In this document: positions 37,171 through 50,158 of the stretch, in pieces
Numbering within the stretch: the first letter of the stretch is position 1
Layout: each line of letters begins with the position of its first letter
Source: Octopus vulgaris
Lineage: Eukaryota
Length of the DNA stretch: 64,000 bases
Direction of reading: 5' to 3'
Assembly: GCA_951406725.2 (NCBI GenBank)
Contig: OX597833.1
Location: 7,130,001-7,194,000, forward strand
Translations under genes and position numbers: made by a program
The notes under the pieces: model-generated
What the model was told of the DNA's origin: nothing
Database searches by the model: none
The model's input: the letters and a program-made list of their open reading frames with translations, nothing else

Positions 37171-40100
37171 AAAATAAGGGAACACACACACACACACAAC
37201 AGGTTTCTTCCAATTTCCATCTACCAAATCCACTCACAAGGCTTTGGCTAGCCTAGGGTTATAGCAGAAATCATTAACCCAAGAGGTGCCACACAATGGC
37301 ACTGAACCTGACACCACATGGTTGGGAAGCAGAACTGTAATTCTTTCTTTGTATAAGCTTTATCCCAGACACCCTCATCAATACCCCACCCTTGTGTCCT
37401 AAGAATTAAAAGTTTCACTCTTCATGACTTCCTAGTTAAAGGGTGACTCATAGCAAAAGATAAATTGGTCACATGGTTGAACATTCAAAAAGGAGTTGCA
37501 GAGACATCAGATACGTTTGACTCATCAATGTTGTTGCTTAAACCAAAGTCAGCACCGATTCCACAGACCTATTTATTTGATCAAAGGTGCTCTGAACATC
37601 CAGAATTAGTGTGCCCTCGACTCTAACAGATATCACTACCTGCCAACCAAATAATTGTTTCAAATCTTAGCACAACGCCAGCAATTTCAGAGTGGGGGGA
37701 GTCGATTACACCCCCCACCGACTCAAATAGTACTTATTTAATTGACTCCGAAAGGACAAAAGGCAAAGTCGACCTTGGCAGCATTTGATCTCAGAAGATG
37801 AAGACAGACAAAATACTGCTAAGCATTTTGCCTGGCGTCCTAACCATTCAGCCAGCGTGCCACCCTCCACCCCTAAATATTAATCAGAGTTTCTATTGCT
37901 ACACTCTCTCTCTCCTTTTTTCTCTATTAATGAGATGACAAAATAAGATTTTTCTGTCCATCTTCTGTTGGTCTTTTGTTTCATCCTTGAGACTGTGGGG
38001 TCTAGACAAAGGATCCAGTGAAGGATCTAGTCAAAGACAGGGATTCATTTTGTTGGTCTCTTTTGCTAAACTGCTAAGTTGCAGAAGCATAAACAAAACA
38101 ACAATGGTTGTCAAAGAGTGGGGGAGGGAGGACAACAACTAAGAAGCACACACAGAAATACAAAGGGTTTCCACACAGTCTCCATCTACTGAATTCATTC
38201 ACAAAACCTTGATCAGCTCAGGTCTGTAGAAGACAGCAATTGCTCTAGGTACCACACAATTGAACTATGAAAAATGTCAGAGAAAGAAACCTGGCTCTTT
38301 CTCGAAATACATAATATCTAAAGCAAAATTTTTTCAGGGGCCCTATTGTGGATCCCCAATTTATTATTTTGTTACGTGGACCCCAAAAACCTCATATGGC
38401 CCTTCTGGGGCCCATATAGACCCTCGTTGAGAATCACTGAACATGACAGTAACCCCACTTCTGTGTCAAGTTTTAAAATACAAAGGTTATGATCTGGAGG
38501 GGATCTGGCAGCTATTTCTAGCCAGTCAAACTACCATGTAGGGATTTCAGCCAGGCTTCTCTCCTCTAACACCTCTACATAAAGAGAGACAGGGAGAGGG
38601 GGGGATGAGTATATGACTGCTTGATTTGCTAGAAACAGCAGTCATGTGATCCTCAGTTTAAATACAACCCTGCTGAAAAAAAAAAAAGGATTACAGTACA
38701 CAATGAAGCATTAGGCTCAAAACTAGAGGTGGGATGGTCCCAGATGGAAACATCTGGCCAAGGCAGAGCTGAAATTAACAACAAAAACAAGATTCACAGT
38801 CCAACTAAGGAGTGGTCAGGTTTCAACAATCATGACCTCTCCGATGGATAAGGGAATGCTTAGTACTGACCTCTTTTGTTAAGGGTCAGTGAATAGAGAG
38901 AGAAAGGGGATGCACTCTGGTTTCTGTTGGGTGATTCAGGAGGGAGGTGGGGGAAGGAAGGAAGATTAAGTTGGGATGTAGACATGTGAGGGAAAAGTGT
39001 GGGGAGAGAAAGAGAGAATGTGTAAACCAGGCAAACATTTCACAGTTACTAAGTACCAACCCTATTAGGTACACACAATAGATTTCCTGTGGGGTTAAAC
39101 TTCTTACAGGGAGAGAGGGGGTCCTTGGCTTAACGGTAGTCTACTTGTATATATTACACCATACATTAGTATTGCTTGAGATCCCTTGATTGTCCTAGCG
39201 TGGAAGGTGTTTATAAGCCATTTAAGAAACACACAAAAACTTAGATTCACTTCAAAGCGACGAAAATATTTTGACAAATTAAATTTAATTTGTGTGTTTC
39301 TTAAATGGCTTATAAAACACCTTCCACGCTGCAATTGTTTTCGTTCCAGCACACGATCTCAGATCAGGTCACTTGCTATGCAAGTACATCTCCGTGACAC
39401 ACATAAGTTTTGAGATTTATCTCACTGCATTCGAGATACAAGAGACAGTCATAAACGGCTGTCGTGTTGTGCAACCTCACAATGGACATAAAAAGAGGGA
39501 TCGACTGGCCGCAGAGACATTTCGTTTCTATTACGTAAGCTTGCTTTCCAACCGAATGGTTCCCAGTTCAGTCCCACTGCATGGCATCTTGGACATATTC
39601 TACTACAGCCCAAGACTGCGAAAGTGCCACCTTGTGAGTAGATTTGGTAGGCGCAAACTGAAAGGAGCCCATCGTATACTACTTGAAAACCAGTGTTGGT
39701 TCGTTAACGTCCCTGTAACTTTGTGGTTCAGCAAAGAGACTGGTAGAAGATGTACCAGGCTTAGAAAAATAATATACAGGGGTGGATTTGTTAGACTAAA
39801 CCCTTCAAGGTGGTGCCCCAGCATGGCCGCAGTCTAATGACTGAAACGAGATGAACGATAAAGATAACCAAATATTCTACATTTTAGACTTCCAGTGAAA
39901 TTGTATTTAAAACTATTGGTGGTACGTTTACAGACTGACTTTAAAATGACTCTCCCCAGACACAACAGAATATGCTTCAACACACGAACTCATATAAAGA
40001 ATCTTGCAAACCAAATATAAAGTATTGGTTTTATTAAATTTACTCACAGACAGACATTGGTCAGCCTGGGGCTATAACAGAAGGAACTTGCCCAAAATAC

Positions 40101-40572
40101 AGCTCAACTGAAAATCATGTGTGCACATACAGTATGACAAATGTCTACACACATATATACACAAATAACTTAGTGAAAACTTGTTTCTTTGGTTGTCTTT
40201 TCCCTTGTTTTTGATTATTCATCATAATATATAGGCACACATCCACAATTGTGCCGCTTCTCACATCCTTCCTCATAATTTTCAAAGTGTTTAGATTACG
40301 ATTGTATCAGGATTTCATGTGGAAAAAAGAAATCCGTAAAGCGAACACACATAAATACGGATACACATATCACAATGTTTTTTTTTCTCTCAAAACTTTG
40401 ACATTTCGCTTTGTAGATATTTATGTGAGCGCACCCAGCAACCTTTTTTTTTTCTTTTTCCAAATTAAATTCCGATATAACCAAAATCTACATCATCTGA
40501 AGCGCGACGTATGTAGAAAAAGTTCATTTTACGAGGAAACAAATTCAGTTGGGGCACACTTATGTAGGTATG

Positions 40573-40620
<48 letters not shown>

Positions 40621-40702
40621 TCCCGGGTTGATACGGGGTTAACCACAGTAAGTAAGGTACTCAATACATAGCAGAGTAAAATTAATTTATTATATAGAAG
40701 GA

Positions 40703-40750
40703 GCTTCTACAGGACTAGTACTGTTTCATTCAAGAGAAATCTTCAGGAAA
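40703..40750 (-). ncRNA. Type-I hammerhead motif, sense to MBD4 intron 1
   Basis: Minus strand: uuc CUGAAGA uuuc-ucuu-gaau GAAA cag-uacuaguc-cug UA gaagc. Confidence 0.7.
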
Positions 40751-41031
40751 GATTTCTCTTGAATGAAACAGTACTAGTCCTGTAGAAGCTCCTTCTATAT
40801 AATAAATATATATATATATATATATACCAATTGATTTGAGAACATAATCTTTTGTGGAGAATGGCGATTTGACGTCTATATCTAGCATGTTGACTGTCCA
40901 CTTTTCGTGTTCAGTCCTTAATTGGTATATATAAATATTTTAATCTTCGGATTCTTTTTTAATATGCTAGACCACTGGTTTTAATTGACTAATATCAATT
41001 TCTACCCTTAATTAATTTTATATATATATAA

Positions 41032-41082
41032 AGCTTCCTGAAGATTTCTCTTGAATGAAACAGTTCTAGTCCTGTAGAAGCT
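41032..41082 (+). ncRNA. Type-I hammerhead motif
   Basis: agcuuc CUGAAGA uuuc-ucuu-gaau GAAA cag-uucuaguc-cug UA gaagcu. Stem I is 6 bp, stem III is 3 bp, the GUA triplet ends at 41076, and AAUAAA follows downstream. Confidence 0.8.
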
Positions 41083-41165
41083 CCTTCTATATAATAAATT
41101 AATTTTACTCTGCTATGTATTGAGTACCTTATTTACTGTGGTTAACCCCGAATCAACCCGGGACC

Positions 41166-41204
<39 letters not shown>

Positions 41205-42531
41205 TAATATCGAACAGTGAGAATGGTGCTCAACAAAGTACATAAACGTGTGTGTACTTTATGAAGTGGAAGATAAATAAAGTCTATTGTTCTACGGATT
41301 TACATTTCATTCGAAACAAAAACATTCCCTGCACACGGTGTGATTCCACGAGACGTGTACCAATAATGGATCCGTTTATTTCAGTACAGAAAACCAATAA
41401 CAAATCATTATATAATCTATAGATCAGCCCTCCTTCCCTGCCACCCCATCTAGATCAGTAAAGGGGTAGAGTGGCGAAGGTAGGTCTCAGAGTTCAACGT
41501 CCCGCATTACGGTTAAAGGATTAACGGTTGTTGTGTTTCTTTCGGCGGACCCCTTTAGGGCTTTAGGGTCGGGGAAGTCCCTTGAATTGGGGTCAAAGGT
41601 CCTCTGAATGCACCAGTTGGTCTTCTTGTCACGTTGAAGCAGGACGATGTGCCTGAATTCACGTTGTAATGTTTACAGCGGTTGTTGAACTCCAAAATGG
41701 AGGAGAGAGACGAACAAGTGCCCCAGATATCTGTGTGGATGTGTGTGTGTGTGTGCACGCATTTCTGTGTCTGTCTCTCTTTCTCTCTATGCTGCATGTA
41801 CGTAGAAGAGTTTTGTAATAGCCATCCTTCGAAGTCCCTAATCACATGGAGAGAAAAAAAAGTACGGAGCTGGGGGGGGGGGGTGGGGCTATATGTACAC
41901 ACACCCGCACGCAGTATTATATATACACGTACACAGTTATAAATATATGTATATACACACACACACATACACAAATATACTAAAAAGATAGTTTACAGGT
42001 TTCAGGCTGCAGCAATTCTGGGGCAAGGGTTCAGTGGACCACATCGACCCCATTACCAGAATATCTAACACCAATTCCTCTCACCCAGTTCAGTCAAACA
42101 GACAAGTGCTTGCAACGGATCTGAACTGGCGAACCAAACAGCCGTAGACCGATGGCTTAACCACACACCCAATTCGTCTCCACGAAACTCAAGTTTCATC
42201 ATCGAAATAAATATTTTTTTATGCTACGTGGAAAAGCATGAATACCACACATACTCGTTCGTTTATATGTGTATCATTCTTTTATATAGAAATCCTCTCC
42301 GTTGGTGATCTCGGCGATCAGGTTTCAATTCCGTGACAGGAAGAAGCTACATGGGAGTGGCATGAATGTCAAAAAATCATCTTTGGAGCACATCAAATGC
42401 TTTATAAAATATCTTTAATATACACATAACGATGCACACACACACACACACACATATATATGTATATAGGCAGGCTGTCAACATTCTAACGCATATACAC
42501 ACGACTTTCTATTATGTAAGTTAAAGCGATT

Positions 42532-42562
<31 letters not shown>

Positions 42563-42986
42563 CACACACACACAATCTATAACATACATTTCAGCATATA
42601 CACATACCATTCATAAAACTGAATACACCCATAAAAGTACATACATACACATCATTGTGTGTATACATAGATGTATATATATATGTATATATATACACGT
42701 AAGCATAAAGTACGGTAAAATTTACTTAAAGTACATTGTGTGTAGAAACAGGAAGTAAATAATATATCTTGCGTATATATACATACATACATACAGAAAT
42801 ATATGTGTGTATATATATGTATGTATATTACATAAAAGTATGTGTGTATATAAATGGAAAGTTATAGAAAAAGTGAGTGATGTATAACAGAGATAAACAA
42901 CAATTATAGATACAACGATGGTTGGGTTAATGAGGGTAATTATCTCTGATATTCTTGAAACTAATTAAGAAAAACTTTTTCCTCAC

Positions 42987-43033
42987 CAAACTTCAGTTTC
43001 TTCGTCTTTCACGGATTTACTCGACGGCGCCAT
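42987..43033 (-). CDS. MBD4: MBD4-like exon 1 (start codon)
   Basis: caagATGGCG context and MAPSSKSVKDEETEV. The phase-2 donor gtgagg joins in frame to exon 2, giving a CDS of 1710 nt (569 aa plus stop). Confidence 0.8.
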
Positions 43034-43065
43034 CTTGCAGTTCCGTCAACTCACTCCCTCGCACT

Positions 43066-43556
43066 CTTACTCTTTCACTTCACTTACACTCTCTCTCCAT
43101 ATCTTAATGTCTATCTAATTCCCTCCCCTGCTCTTGCTTCTATCTATCTTACTCTTTCACTTTACTCACACTCTCTCTATATATATATCTTACTCTTTCA
43201 CTTCACTTACTCCCTCTGTCCATATCTTAATGTCTATCTAATTCCCTCCCCTGCCCTTGCTTCTATCTATCTTACTCTTTCACTTTACTCACACCCTCTT
43301 TCTCTATATCTTACTCTTTCACTTTACTCACACCCTCTTTGTCTATATCTTACTTTTTCTCTTTACTCACACCCTCTCTGCCTATATCTTACTCTTTCAC
43401 TTTACTCACACCCTCTGTCTCTATATCTTACTCTTTCACTTTACTCACACCCTCTCTCTCTATATCTTACGCTTTCACTTTACTCACACCCTCTCTCTAT
43501 ATATCTTACTCTTTCACTTTACTCACACCCTCTCTGTCTCTATCTTACTCTTTATC
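43066..43556. repeat. 39-bp pyrimidine-rich minisatellite directly upstream of the MBD4 start
   Basis: Unit tatcttactctttcactttactcacaccctctctctcta, regular at 43267-43556. It continues as a CT-rich tract and (TATC)n/(TACC)n to ~44530. Confidence 0.85.
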
Positions 43557-44427
43557 TAAACCGTTTCATTCTCTTTATCAATTTCACTCTTTCACTTCCC
43601 TTACCCTCTCCCTTACTTTTTATCTGACTCAATCCCCTTCTCGCGCTCTCTCACACACCCTCTCTCTATACCATCTTTTTATCTAACTCCTCCCCTTCAC
43701 TTACACCTCCCCTCTATAAATCTCTAACTCACTTCCCTTCTTTCTGTCGAGCTTAATCACACTTTCATTTCACTTATACTCCTCCCTCTCTACTTTACTC
43801 CACTCCCCTTCTCTCTATCTATTTAGTCTTTCACTTCACTCCTTCATTCCCACTCTCTCCTCCTCTATACCCGTCTTACTCTTTATCTAATTCACTCCCT
43901 AATAAAGTCACTTCCTATCTCTACATCTCTCTCTTTCTCTATATATTACTGTTTCTTTATTTCACTACAACTCATGCTCTCTCTCTCTCTATCTATCTTA
44001 ATCTTTATATCTCTCCCTCTCTTACAAACTAACTTATTATCTCTCTCTCTCCCCCCTCTCTCTCTGTCCATATCGTTCTCATTTCTGTAGCCTCTCTCTT
44101 TACTCCTACTCACTCTGTCTTTATGTATCTCTCTCTCACTTTGTCTTCTCTCTTTTACTAACTACTCTTACCTCTACTTCCCATTTTCTCCCCCTTCATT
44201 CCTCTCGTTTCTCTCTCTCTATATTTCTTTCTTTCTTTTCTCTACTTGTCCTCTCTTTCTCCTTTTCTTCTTTAATCACCCTCTCTATCTTTCTACATTA
44301 TTTTTTTCTTGCTCCATTTTCCTTTCTTTCTCCTCTCTGACTCTGGTCGAGCTCTCTCTCTCTCTCTCTATCTATCTATCTACCTACCTACCTACCTACC
44401 TACCTACCTGTTTGTCTATCTATCTAC

Positions 44428-44498
<71 letters not shown>

Positions 44499-45490
44499 CC
44501 TACCTCCCTACCTCCCTGTCTGTCTGTCTATCTATATCTATCCACACTGAGTGACTCAAGGGTCAAGAGTTTCGCATTTTGGCACTTATCAAACTGGCTT
44601 CAAACCAAGGTGATGGCATTTACATATCGATCTTAATAATAATCCTAACGAATAACGGGAAAAAAAAACTTTACCAAGAATCTTAAACCCGTTCTGAATG
44701 GACAAGAGGAGGAGGAGGAGTTAAATGTAATTTTACCAAAACAAAATAAAAAACCCTGTAATATTGATCGAATTTGAAGGAGGCGAACTGGCAGAGTCGT
44801 TAGCACGTCGGGTAAAACACTCAGCGGCATTCGTTCACCCTTACGTTCCGAGTTCAAATTCCGCCGAGGCCAACTTTTCCTTTCATCCTTTCGGGAGTCG
44901 GTAAAATAAGTTCCAGTTACGTAATGGGGTCGCTGTTATATATTTCTTTACTGCCCACAAGGAGTTAAACACAGAGGGACAGACAAACAGATTAAACCGA
45001 CTCCAGTGTGTAACTGGTACTTTATTTATCGACCCCGAAAGGATGAAAGGCAAAGTCGACCTCGGCGGAATTTGAACTCAGAACGTAACGACAGACGAAA
45101 TACGGCTACGCATTTCGCCCGGCGTGCTAACGTTTCTGCCAGCTCGCTGTAATCGATTAGCAGCCGCCTCGATATTGCAGGCCTTGTACCCGTAACAGAA
45201 AGTATTGTTTTTAATTTCATTTAAGGCGAGACTTCTCTTTATAGTAGTAGCCTAACCTATCAGATGGTGCTATTAAATTAGACATGGCCTGGACCAATCT
45301 TCGGTCGAAATATATCTAAGTTTTAACCTTGTATCGATTTCTCTGATTGATTAAAATGTGTCTATGAACAAGCGTCGTCAATGTCTACTGCGTTACCACG
45401 TTCATCAAACCGTGACGCTTAAAGTCGTACGCTGACTGGTTAGAATAGTGTCTGTTAAGCTCCAACCAGCTGGAACCTGTCGAAAGGTAT

Positions 45491-45938
45491 ACTCTCTTAC
45501 TCTTTTACTTGTTTCAGTCATTTGACTGCGGCCATGCTGGAGCACCGCCTTTAGTCGATCAAATCGACCCCGGGACTTATTCTTTTGTAAGCCCAGTACT
45601 TATTCTATCGGTCTCTTTTGCTGAACCGCCATGTGACTGGGACGTAAACACACCAGCATCGGTTGTCAAGCAATGCTAGGGGGACAAACACAGACACACA
45701 AACATACACACACAAACATACATGCACACATATAGGATCTTTGAAAAGATCCCACATATATATATACATATATACGACAGGCTTCTTTCAGTTTCCGTCT
45801 ACCAAATCCACTCACAAGGCATTGGTTGGCCCGGGACTATAGTAGAAGACACTTGCCCAAGATGCCACGCGGTGGGACTGAACCCGGAACCATGTGGTTG
45901 GTAAGCAAGCTACTTACCACACAGCCACTCCTGCGCCT
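45491..45938 (-). mobile_element. SINE family A, full length
   Basis: Reverse-complement match to the other family A copies. Confidence 0.85.
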
Positions 45939-46135
45939 ATATTTAAAGGAACAATTAATCTTTCCCCCAAAATTGTTCGTTCTGACTTCTACTGCAGAAA
46001 CATTTTCCTGGTGATTGTTAAATAACATGAAAGCACTTGTAATATTGTGGAAATACGAAAACATTACGTGACAATCAGACAATGATAAAATCTGACCAAG
46101 TAAACACACTTATCTTTATACAATTTTACAAACCC

Positions 46136-46376
46136 GGTACTACTTGAGAACAGTGGTCCCGGTGCGCGCACGTAGTCGCGCATCCGCGTGACTAGTCGAT
46201 CCTACAAAAAGTAAATAAAACACAAAATAAATAATTTTTTTTACACAAAATAATTTTTGTTAAACAAAGTAAATAACACAAAAACACAAAGTAAGGATCG
46301 ACCAGTCATGACTAGCTGGCGCGGATGCGCGACTACGCGAGTGCGCGCACCGGGACCACTGCTCTCAAGTAGTACC
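46136..46376. mobile_element. MITE with 9-bp TSD (Merlin- or Mutator-like)
   Basis: Long TIRs GGTACTACTTGAGA.CAGTGGTCCCGGTGCGCGCAC... and a perfect TSD TACAAACCC at 46127-46135 and 46377-46385. Confidence 0.88.
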
Positions 46377-46437
46377 TACAAACCCTCTACTACTACTACT
46401 ACTACTACTCCTACACACACACATCATTTAATATCCG

Positions 46438-46485
<48 letters not shown>

Positions 46486-46590
46486 TCCCACTGCGTGGCA
46501 CCTTGGGCAAGTGTCTTCTGCTATAGCCCCGGGCCGACCAATGCCTTGTGAGTGGATTTGGTAGACGGAAACTGAAAGAAGCCCGTCGTA

Positions 46591-46681
<91 letters not shown>

Positions 46682-46898
46682 TTGTGTGTCTGTGTTTGTC
46701 CCCCTAGCATTGCTTGACAACCGATGCTGGTGTGTTTACGTCCCTATCACTTAGCGGTTCGGCAAAACAGACAGATAGAATAAGTACTGGGCTTACAAAG
46801 AATAAGTCCTGGAGTCGATTTGCTCGACCGAAGGCGGTGCTCCAGCATGGCCGCAGTCAAACAACTGAAACAAGTAAAAGAGTAAAAGAATATATATA

Positions 46899-46934
<36 letters not shown>

Positions 46935-47813
46935 TGTATGTATGTATGTATGTGTGTGTGTGTGTGTATGTATGCATGTATGTATATTGTCGTTGATATG
47001 TTCAAAAGAAAGAAGACCGCGTTCAATACATCTCAATGTGGTAATGAATAACAGTGTAACACGGTTTTTGTCCTTGGCTAGCATCTCTTATTTTCTATTT
47101 GCTTACCCTTGGGAAATATGAAAAATGGCTAATATTGCCTTCAAACTTTGCTCTTGTTACATTTATTCAAGCCCCAAAGGATCCCCCTCAATATATGGCT
47201 GTGATGCTCCCCCACTACTCCTGCTCATGATCAGAGATGCACATATTGTCAGCCACTAAGGGACATGCTCAGCTGGTTAAGGTCAAGCAACTGACAGGAA
47301 AACCTGTGGTGTTGAGCAGAATATTTGCTATAACGATATTTCTGCTTCAGCAACTCGGCGCTGAATCTATGTGAAGTGTAATGGGAAACAGGTCAGTTTC
47401 AGAACATTGACATCCAGGTCACAAAAGCAAAATTCTAGTTGGAAGCAAATAGAAAATGGCATTTACTGAACAAAGACAAACATAAAAAAATAAATAATTT
47501 GTTATACAGTGGATTTGGCAGACGGAAACTGAAAGAAGCCCGTCGTATATATATGTATATATATGCGTGTGTGTGTTTGTGTGTCTGTGTTTGTCCCCCT
47601 AGCATTGCTTGACAACCGATGCTGGTGTGTTTATGTCCCCGTTACTTAGCGGTTCGGCAAAAGAGACCAATAGAATAAGTACTGGGCTTACAAAAGAATA
47701 AGTCCTGGGGTTGAGTTGCTCGAGTAAAAAGGCGGTGCTCCAGCATGGCCGCAGTCAAATGACTGAAACAAGTAAAAGAGTAAAGAGTAAAAGAGAGTGT
47801 TATCAACAGTTTC

Positions 47814-47890
<77 letters not shown>

Positions 47891-49412
47891 TTAATTGTAA
47901 AGTCAATATTATAAATCCAATCGGTTGACAGCCAATTCATGATACTGAATGGTTTCATGTTGAAGATCTTTCCAAATATGCAAAGGCAAATTAACAATCA
48001 CCAGACATGGCTGAACGGAAGGATATAACTTCGGTTCTTTATTACTAGCTGTTTATGGGGCTCAGAAATGATAAAAAGAAACGGAACGAAACTCGTGGAA
48101 GAAAAAGTCCAAGAAAAACAAAACGAAAAAGAATAAGAGTACATCTTAAGCTCATCAGAGTTATGTCCTTTAAATTGTTCCATGCAAGAAAGCATTCAAG
48201 TGATAGATGTCAACTCCGAGTTTTGCATACATGACTGTAAAATGAAGAGGATATAAGGATGAGCTGGAGAGGGTGAGGGGAGAAAAGGTGAGAAAGAAAT
48301 GATAGAGTTGTAGGGAGGTTTATTTGAAGGACATACGTGGTCACGTGTGTGAATGGATGTGTATAAGTGCTGAGTATGGAGAAAATAAATTCTCTATTTA
48401 TAGTGAGATGATTATTATTGAGAAAGTAGCCAATTGTTTCTACTAAGATGGTGCCGGAACCGACCAGTTAGCTAAATATATTACCGATCGTGAGGGCAAG
48501 GGGAAAATATCCTGCTTTTAGAATAGGACTTTATGTGGGGGAAATACATTAATATAATCCTTTTGTCTGCCTAAAAAGTCTGCAAGTCCAACTGTTGTTG
48601 AGATAAGGTGTGCACTTTTCCAGTAATTCCCCGTTGATATTCTACTATAGAATCTTTTCTTTTAGCAGACATATGTGTCTCTCCGATGTTGTGACATTAT
48701 GTCTCTCCTAGATTTTAAAAGACAACTTATGATTGTTGAATCTGGTTTTGAAGAGGGGAAGGTGATGGAAAGAGAGGGGAAAATGGTAGTTATATGGGAA
48801 TGGAGGTGTGTGTGTGTGTGTGTGTGGCGATGTTGGACTTTCTCTGTTATTCAGTCTGCAGATGTCAAGGATTGTCCGTACATTTCTTTGTTCGATCTCA
48901 TTTAAGGCATGACCAGCTTAAAGGAATTCTGAAGTAAACAGGTCAGCCGTTAAAGCCACTACAGCCACGACAGCCATTAACTATTGTCTGAATTGATAAA
49001 TGATGCGTTCTTAGAGTGACCTTTTAATTGTTTTCAGGTGGTGCAGTGGTTATAGTGTATAGCACCCTAAACATTGTTTGTTTGTTGGTTCCTTGTTCTA
49101 TAATGTGTTAAAGGGCAGTTCTTGTTATTCCGTTTCAAAATTGTTGTTTTGTTGTTTTTTTTTTCAAATTCCAGAAACGATGTTTTGCTTTTATGTGTTT
49201 ACATAATATGATCATCTCCGTGTGTCTATTTATCACGTTTCCCCCGGATGTGATGATCTCCAACCCCTCCCCCCAAAACCTGGTTCGCCAGTCGCCATCA
49301 TTAGACTGTATCCGGCATAACAGAACAGGAACTTTATTTGAATATGCAAAACGTTTCACGTAAACAAATTTAAAAGATAATAATATTCATTTTTACTTTT
49401 ATCTTTATTTCA

Positions 49413-49667
49413 TTTTTCTTCTTCTTCTTCTTCTTCTTCTTCTTCTTCTTCTTCTTCTTCTTCTTCTTCTTCTTCTTCTTCTTCTTCTTTCTTCTTTCTT
49501 CTTCTTCTTCTTCTTCTTCTTCTTCTTCTTCTTTCTCCTTCTTCTTTCTTCTTTCTTCTTCTTTTTCTTCTCCTCATTCTTCCCATTCTTCTTCTTTTTT
49601 TTTCTTCTTCTTCTTCTTCTTCTTCTTTCTTCTTCTTCTTCTTCTTCTTCTTCTTCTTCTTCTTCTT

Positions 49668-49755
<88 letters not shown>
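49413..49755. repeat. Compound (TTC)n/(ATC)n microsatellite
   Basis: Seen directly; explains the poly-K/E/R/M ORF 49410-49754. Confidence 0.95.
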
Positions 49756-49998
49756 TACAAACATGCTTTTGTATTTTTTTATGTATATTTTTTGATATCT
49801 GGATTTTTTGTCCTTTAAGCAACCAGCAAAACATAGATTTTTCAGTGTAAAGACGAACATTTCAAGCTTGAAACTCCGAAAAGGAGTAACTCACTGTAAA
49901 CATTATTATTAAAATAAAAATTATCACCCATAAAATGCCATCTCTACCCATTTTTTCAAATATATAATACTATACCAAAAACTTTCTTTTTATTATTC

Positions 49999-50084
<86 letters not shown>

Positions 50085-50113
50085 ATATATATTCACACAC
50101 AGAAAGGAAAAAG

Positions 50114-50158
50114 TGTCACTGAAGAGGTCACAGATGTGTGACGAAAGATTTATGGACA
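50114..50158 (+). ncRNA. Minimal type-I hammerhead motif
   Basis: uguca CUGAAGA g gucaca-gaug-ugugac GAAA gauu UA uggaca. Stem II is 6 bp and stem I has one bulge. Follows a long (TA)n. Confidence 0.7.

Noticed and set aside
41555-41600. tttagggc tttagggt / ggaagtccc as a telomerase template or RNase MRP motif
   Set aside because: It does not match a 1.5x TTAGGG template, and no matching MRP 3' conserved region was found.
45265-45325. gacc-loop-ggtc GAAA tata TC, a hammerhead-like 3' half
   Set aside because: No CUGANGA box upstream.
48300-48700. Possible Penelope RT remnant on minus (QTKGL...SP..SPIL)
   Set aside because: Interrupted by stops and no YxDD motif is recognisable; a profile search would be needed.
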